64,000 nt of DNA, taken from assembly GCA_965212015.1 (NCBI GenBank), contig OZ243037.1, positions 480,001 to 544,000 of the forward strand. Direction: 5' to 3'. Source of the DNA: Cenarchaeum sp. (GTDB lineage: Archaea > Thermoproteota > Nitrososphaeria > Nitrososphaerales > Nitrosopumilaceae). The position numbers and the translations under genes are program-made. Shown piece after piece: positions 61,586 to 64,000 of this stretch (position 1 is the first letter of the stretch; every line of letters starts with the position of its first letter). The notes under the pieces were generated by a model. It did not search any database. It saw only the letters and a program-made list of their open reading frames with translations, and was not told the origin of the DNA.

Positions 61586-62992
61586 GTAATCAGTTAGGTT
61601 GAGCACGAGGCCAATTTTCCCTGATCCACCCGATCTAAATAATTTTGAGATCAGAGCACCTCATTGCCCGATCCCTCGGAATTCAAGATTTTACGCGACG
61701 AGATGGCCCGACTTGTTGCAGAGGTGAAGAAAAGAGACACCCGTCTAGGGGAGGCATTTCATATAATCGACGGACTGAGAGCGCAAAATACTGAGATAAG
61801 GTTGGAAAACACCAATATGAAAAATCTTCTTGCATACTATCAGAATCCCCACTCGCCGCCCTCGTAAAACTCCATTCCATCCAGTAAGAGAAAATCTGAC
61901 GGATCCGGCACAGCACAAAAAGCCGGGCCGCAAAACAGGGCACCTCACACCACAGGCGCTCATCCAAGACCGAACACCACAAGCTTGACAAATGCGCCGA
62001 ATGCGGCAGTCGCAACCTGCAAGAGACCACAATATCAAAGCAGATCACCGACATTGAGTCTATTCCGCAGTGTACTATTATCACGAACGTATCATACAAC
62101 TGCGTATTCAGGAACTGTAAAGCTAAACTCGAGGCGATGCCAGACACGAAAGGCACGTCACTTGGCCCCAACATCCTGTGCGTTATCACATAGATGTGGG
62201 ACAACGGGACGAGCATAGATTCCATCAGGGAGTCGCTCAACATGTTTGGATTAAACGCATGCAAGGCCACCATACAGCACGCCCTGTGTGCAATAGGGAA
62301 CGGGCTCGCATCATAGGCGGATCACATACGCGAGTCCATGTCCGAATCAACGCAAAGATGGACTATACACCGTACCCCATAGAAAACAGGCAGGGATATG
62401 TCTGGGCATGCATGGGGGACGATGCCGTATCAATAACTGTTGCCAGAACAAGGGCACAGGCCGTACTGTACAAGTATTATCCGCACTGGGATACGCCGAT
62501 AACGTGTGATGGATATTCCGGGTATGGCCAGTTCCGCATCCGGCAGGTGCTGGTCTCACATACTGCGCGAATCAGGCGATCTTGGGGATGGCGATCCGGA
62601 AATGCAGATACTGCACCAAAAACTGCAGCGACTGTTCTGCGAGGCAAAGCTTGCTACCCCGGATATCGGGAATGTTGAATATGACGCCATGATCATCCGG
62701 GTCAAAAGCATCGCGCAGATGCATCTGGATCAAAGTTTGGCACCAAACTGGATAATGCGGCAGATGATCTGTTCACGTTCATACGGCATCCCGGGATGGA
62801 GCCGACAAACAACGAGTCCGAAAGGATGATACGCCGCGCGGTGATTCACCGGAAGATTCGGATGAGGATCGCGACGGCAGGAGGCATGGATATGTTTGGC
62901 ATACTGTTGACGTGCTTTCTGAGCTAGTGCCGGCAGGGCCTGAACAGGGCAGAAAAGCTGCGGGAATTGCTAGGGGCGACCTAACCGGTTAC
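61586..62992 (+). mobile_element. Decayed IS66-family element (TnpC pseudogene) with GTAA-terminal imperfect TIRs
   Basis: Left end GTAATCAGTTAGGTTG; the right end read as reverse complement is GTAACCGGTTAGGTCG (13/16). Fragments include a coiled coil, NPHSPPS, PGRKTGH, CAECGS, GYVWA, CDGYSGY, CWSHILRE and EPTNNESERMIR, with stops and frameshifts. Confidence 0.85.
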
Positions 62993-63120
62993 ATTTTCTG
63001 TACGAGGCCACCATGCCGGCCATGCACGGGCCGCGTACACTGTGTCAGGACGCACGTGACAAAGCCGGACATTCACTTTATGGCATCCCAGAGCATGCCA
63101 GGTACGGGAGCTGGCAGGCG

Positions 63121-64000
63121 CTATCTGCCGCCGGTGCCGTCAAACTCTGGCGCGCGCACCCCGTATGCCGCATCCCGCAGATCCTCCATTTTTTCCATGT
63201 GCCACTCAAGCTTTGCGCCAAAGGCGTCACACGAGCGCTTGTTTACGTCCGTGCAGGCACTTGCCATGTTCGGCGAGGGCGTGGTGAGTGACATCCACGT
63301 ACCGTACGAGTTTTTGGTCCACTGGTATCCGAGCTGATCCGTCCATACGTCGGCCAGCTTGTCTGTTCTGACGAGCGTCAGATCAGTCGTACCGGGCTGG
63401 CCTAGAACGTGTCTCGTGATGTTATACTGTGGCGGTGCGTTCATTGATTTTCCGGTTACTTCCAGTCCGTCGTTCATATAGTGGACGGTGGTGTACCGCT
63501 TTGAGTCAAGGGCGTGTATCACGAATGGCGTGTCGTACATTTCCTCCCGGAACGTCACGTCTTTTATCGACAGTACCACACACGTGTCCTCCTTGTCCGT
63601 CGGAAGGCACTTTTCCCTCTTTATTGACACGCCGGCATCGTGGCTTATTATGCCGTTTTTGTCGTCGTATTCCGTGCCGACTATACTGTACGTAGAGTCG
63701 GAATCATAGTCCCGCTCCAGGCGCACCGTTATCTGCGCCTCAGCGGTGTTTACAGGAAACCCAATTCCGTCCACCCCAAAGCCGATTCCCAGCATCCTCA
63801 GCCCGTTTGGCGCCGACGTCTTTAGCTCGAAATCATGCGTCGAGTTTGTCCTGATGTGTTCTGTGTAATCCACGTGATACGACAGGACGTCCCTGCACGT
63901 ACCGTCCATGGAATAGCCGCAGTCGACTAGCTTGTCTCCCCATATGTAGGATACGCCAAACGTCGGCTTTGTCCTCCACTGGGAGTTTGTGCCGTCGTCT
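63121..64000 (-). CDS. 3' end of a further surface protein carrying a diverged copy of the shared C-terminal domain (gene begins outside the window)
   Basis: The frame is open past the track start: DDGTNSQWRTKPTFGVSYIWGDKLVDCGYSMDGTCRDVLSYHV...TNSTHDFELKT...FREEMY...RTDKLADVWTDQ...CDAFGAKLEWH. Confidence 0.88.
   Translation of the reverse strand, partial: DDGTNSQWRTKPTFGVSYIWGDKLVDCGYSMDGTCRDVLSYHVDYTEHIRTNSTHDFELKTSAPNGLRMLGIGFGVDGIGFPVNTAEAQITVRLERDYDSDSTYSIVGTEYDDKNGIISHDAGVSIKREKCLPTDKEDTCVVLSIKDVTFREEMYDTPFVIHALDSKRYTTVHYMNDGLEVTGKSMNAPPQYNITRHVLGQPGTTDLTLVRTDKLADVWTDQLGYQWTKNSYGTWMSLTTPSPNMASACTDVNKRSCDAFGAKLEWHMEKMEDLRDAAYGVRAPEFDGTGGR

Overview
Archaeal DNA, most likely Nitrososphaerota/Thaumarchaeota of the Nitrosopumilaceae or Cenarchaeum-like type. 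This is inferred from gene content, TATA-box/leaderless gene starts and a SWIM-IS6 transposase. Layout: (1) 1-1.9 kb is an AT-rich accessory stretch with a partial P-loop ATPase behind palindromic operators, an orphan gene and an IS630 remnant. (2) 2.1-7.8 kb is a compact trpE-G-D-C-B-A operon without trpF. (3) 7.9-17.1 kb is an AT-rich defence island. It holds an AbiEi/AbiEii type IV TA pair behind a triplicated 62-bp operator, a 5.3-kb IS6-family element with perfect 32-bp TIRs carrying a type III R-M system, and an internally deleted IS5. The mod gene is out of frame because of a 10-bp tandem repeat near its 5' end, so it is a candidate archaeal phase-variable methyltransferase. (4) 17.2-64 kb is an array of giant minus-strand surface proteins built from near-identical, shuffled Ig/SwmB-like DNA cassettes: a ~7,550-codon gene split by one in-frame TAA, a 5,168-aa gene with a G12 tract in its promoter, a 1,476-aa gene, and the 3' end of a fourth gene. 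Three of them end in the same ~290-aa Cys/Trp-rich C-terminal domain. trmI and a decayed IS66 lie among them. No rRNA, tRNA or CRISPR array was seen.
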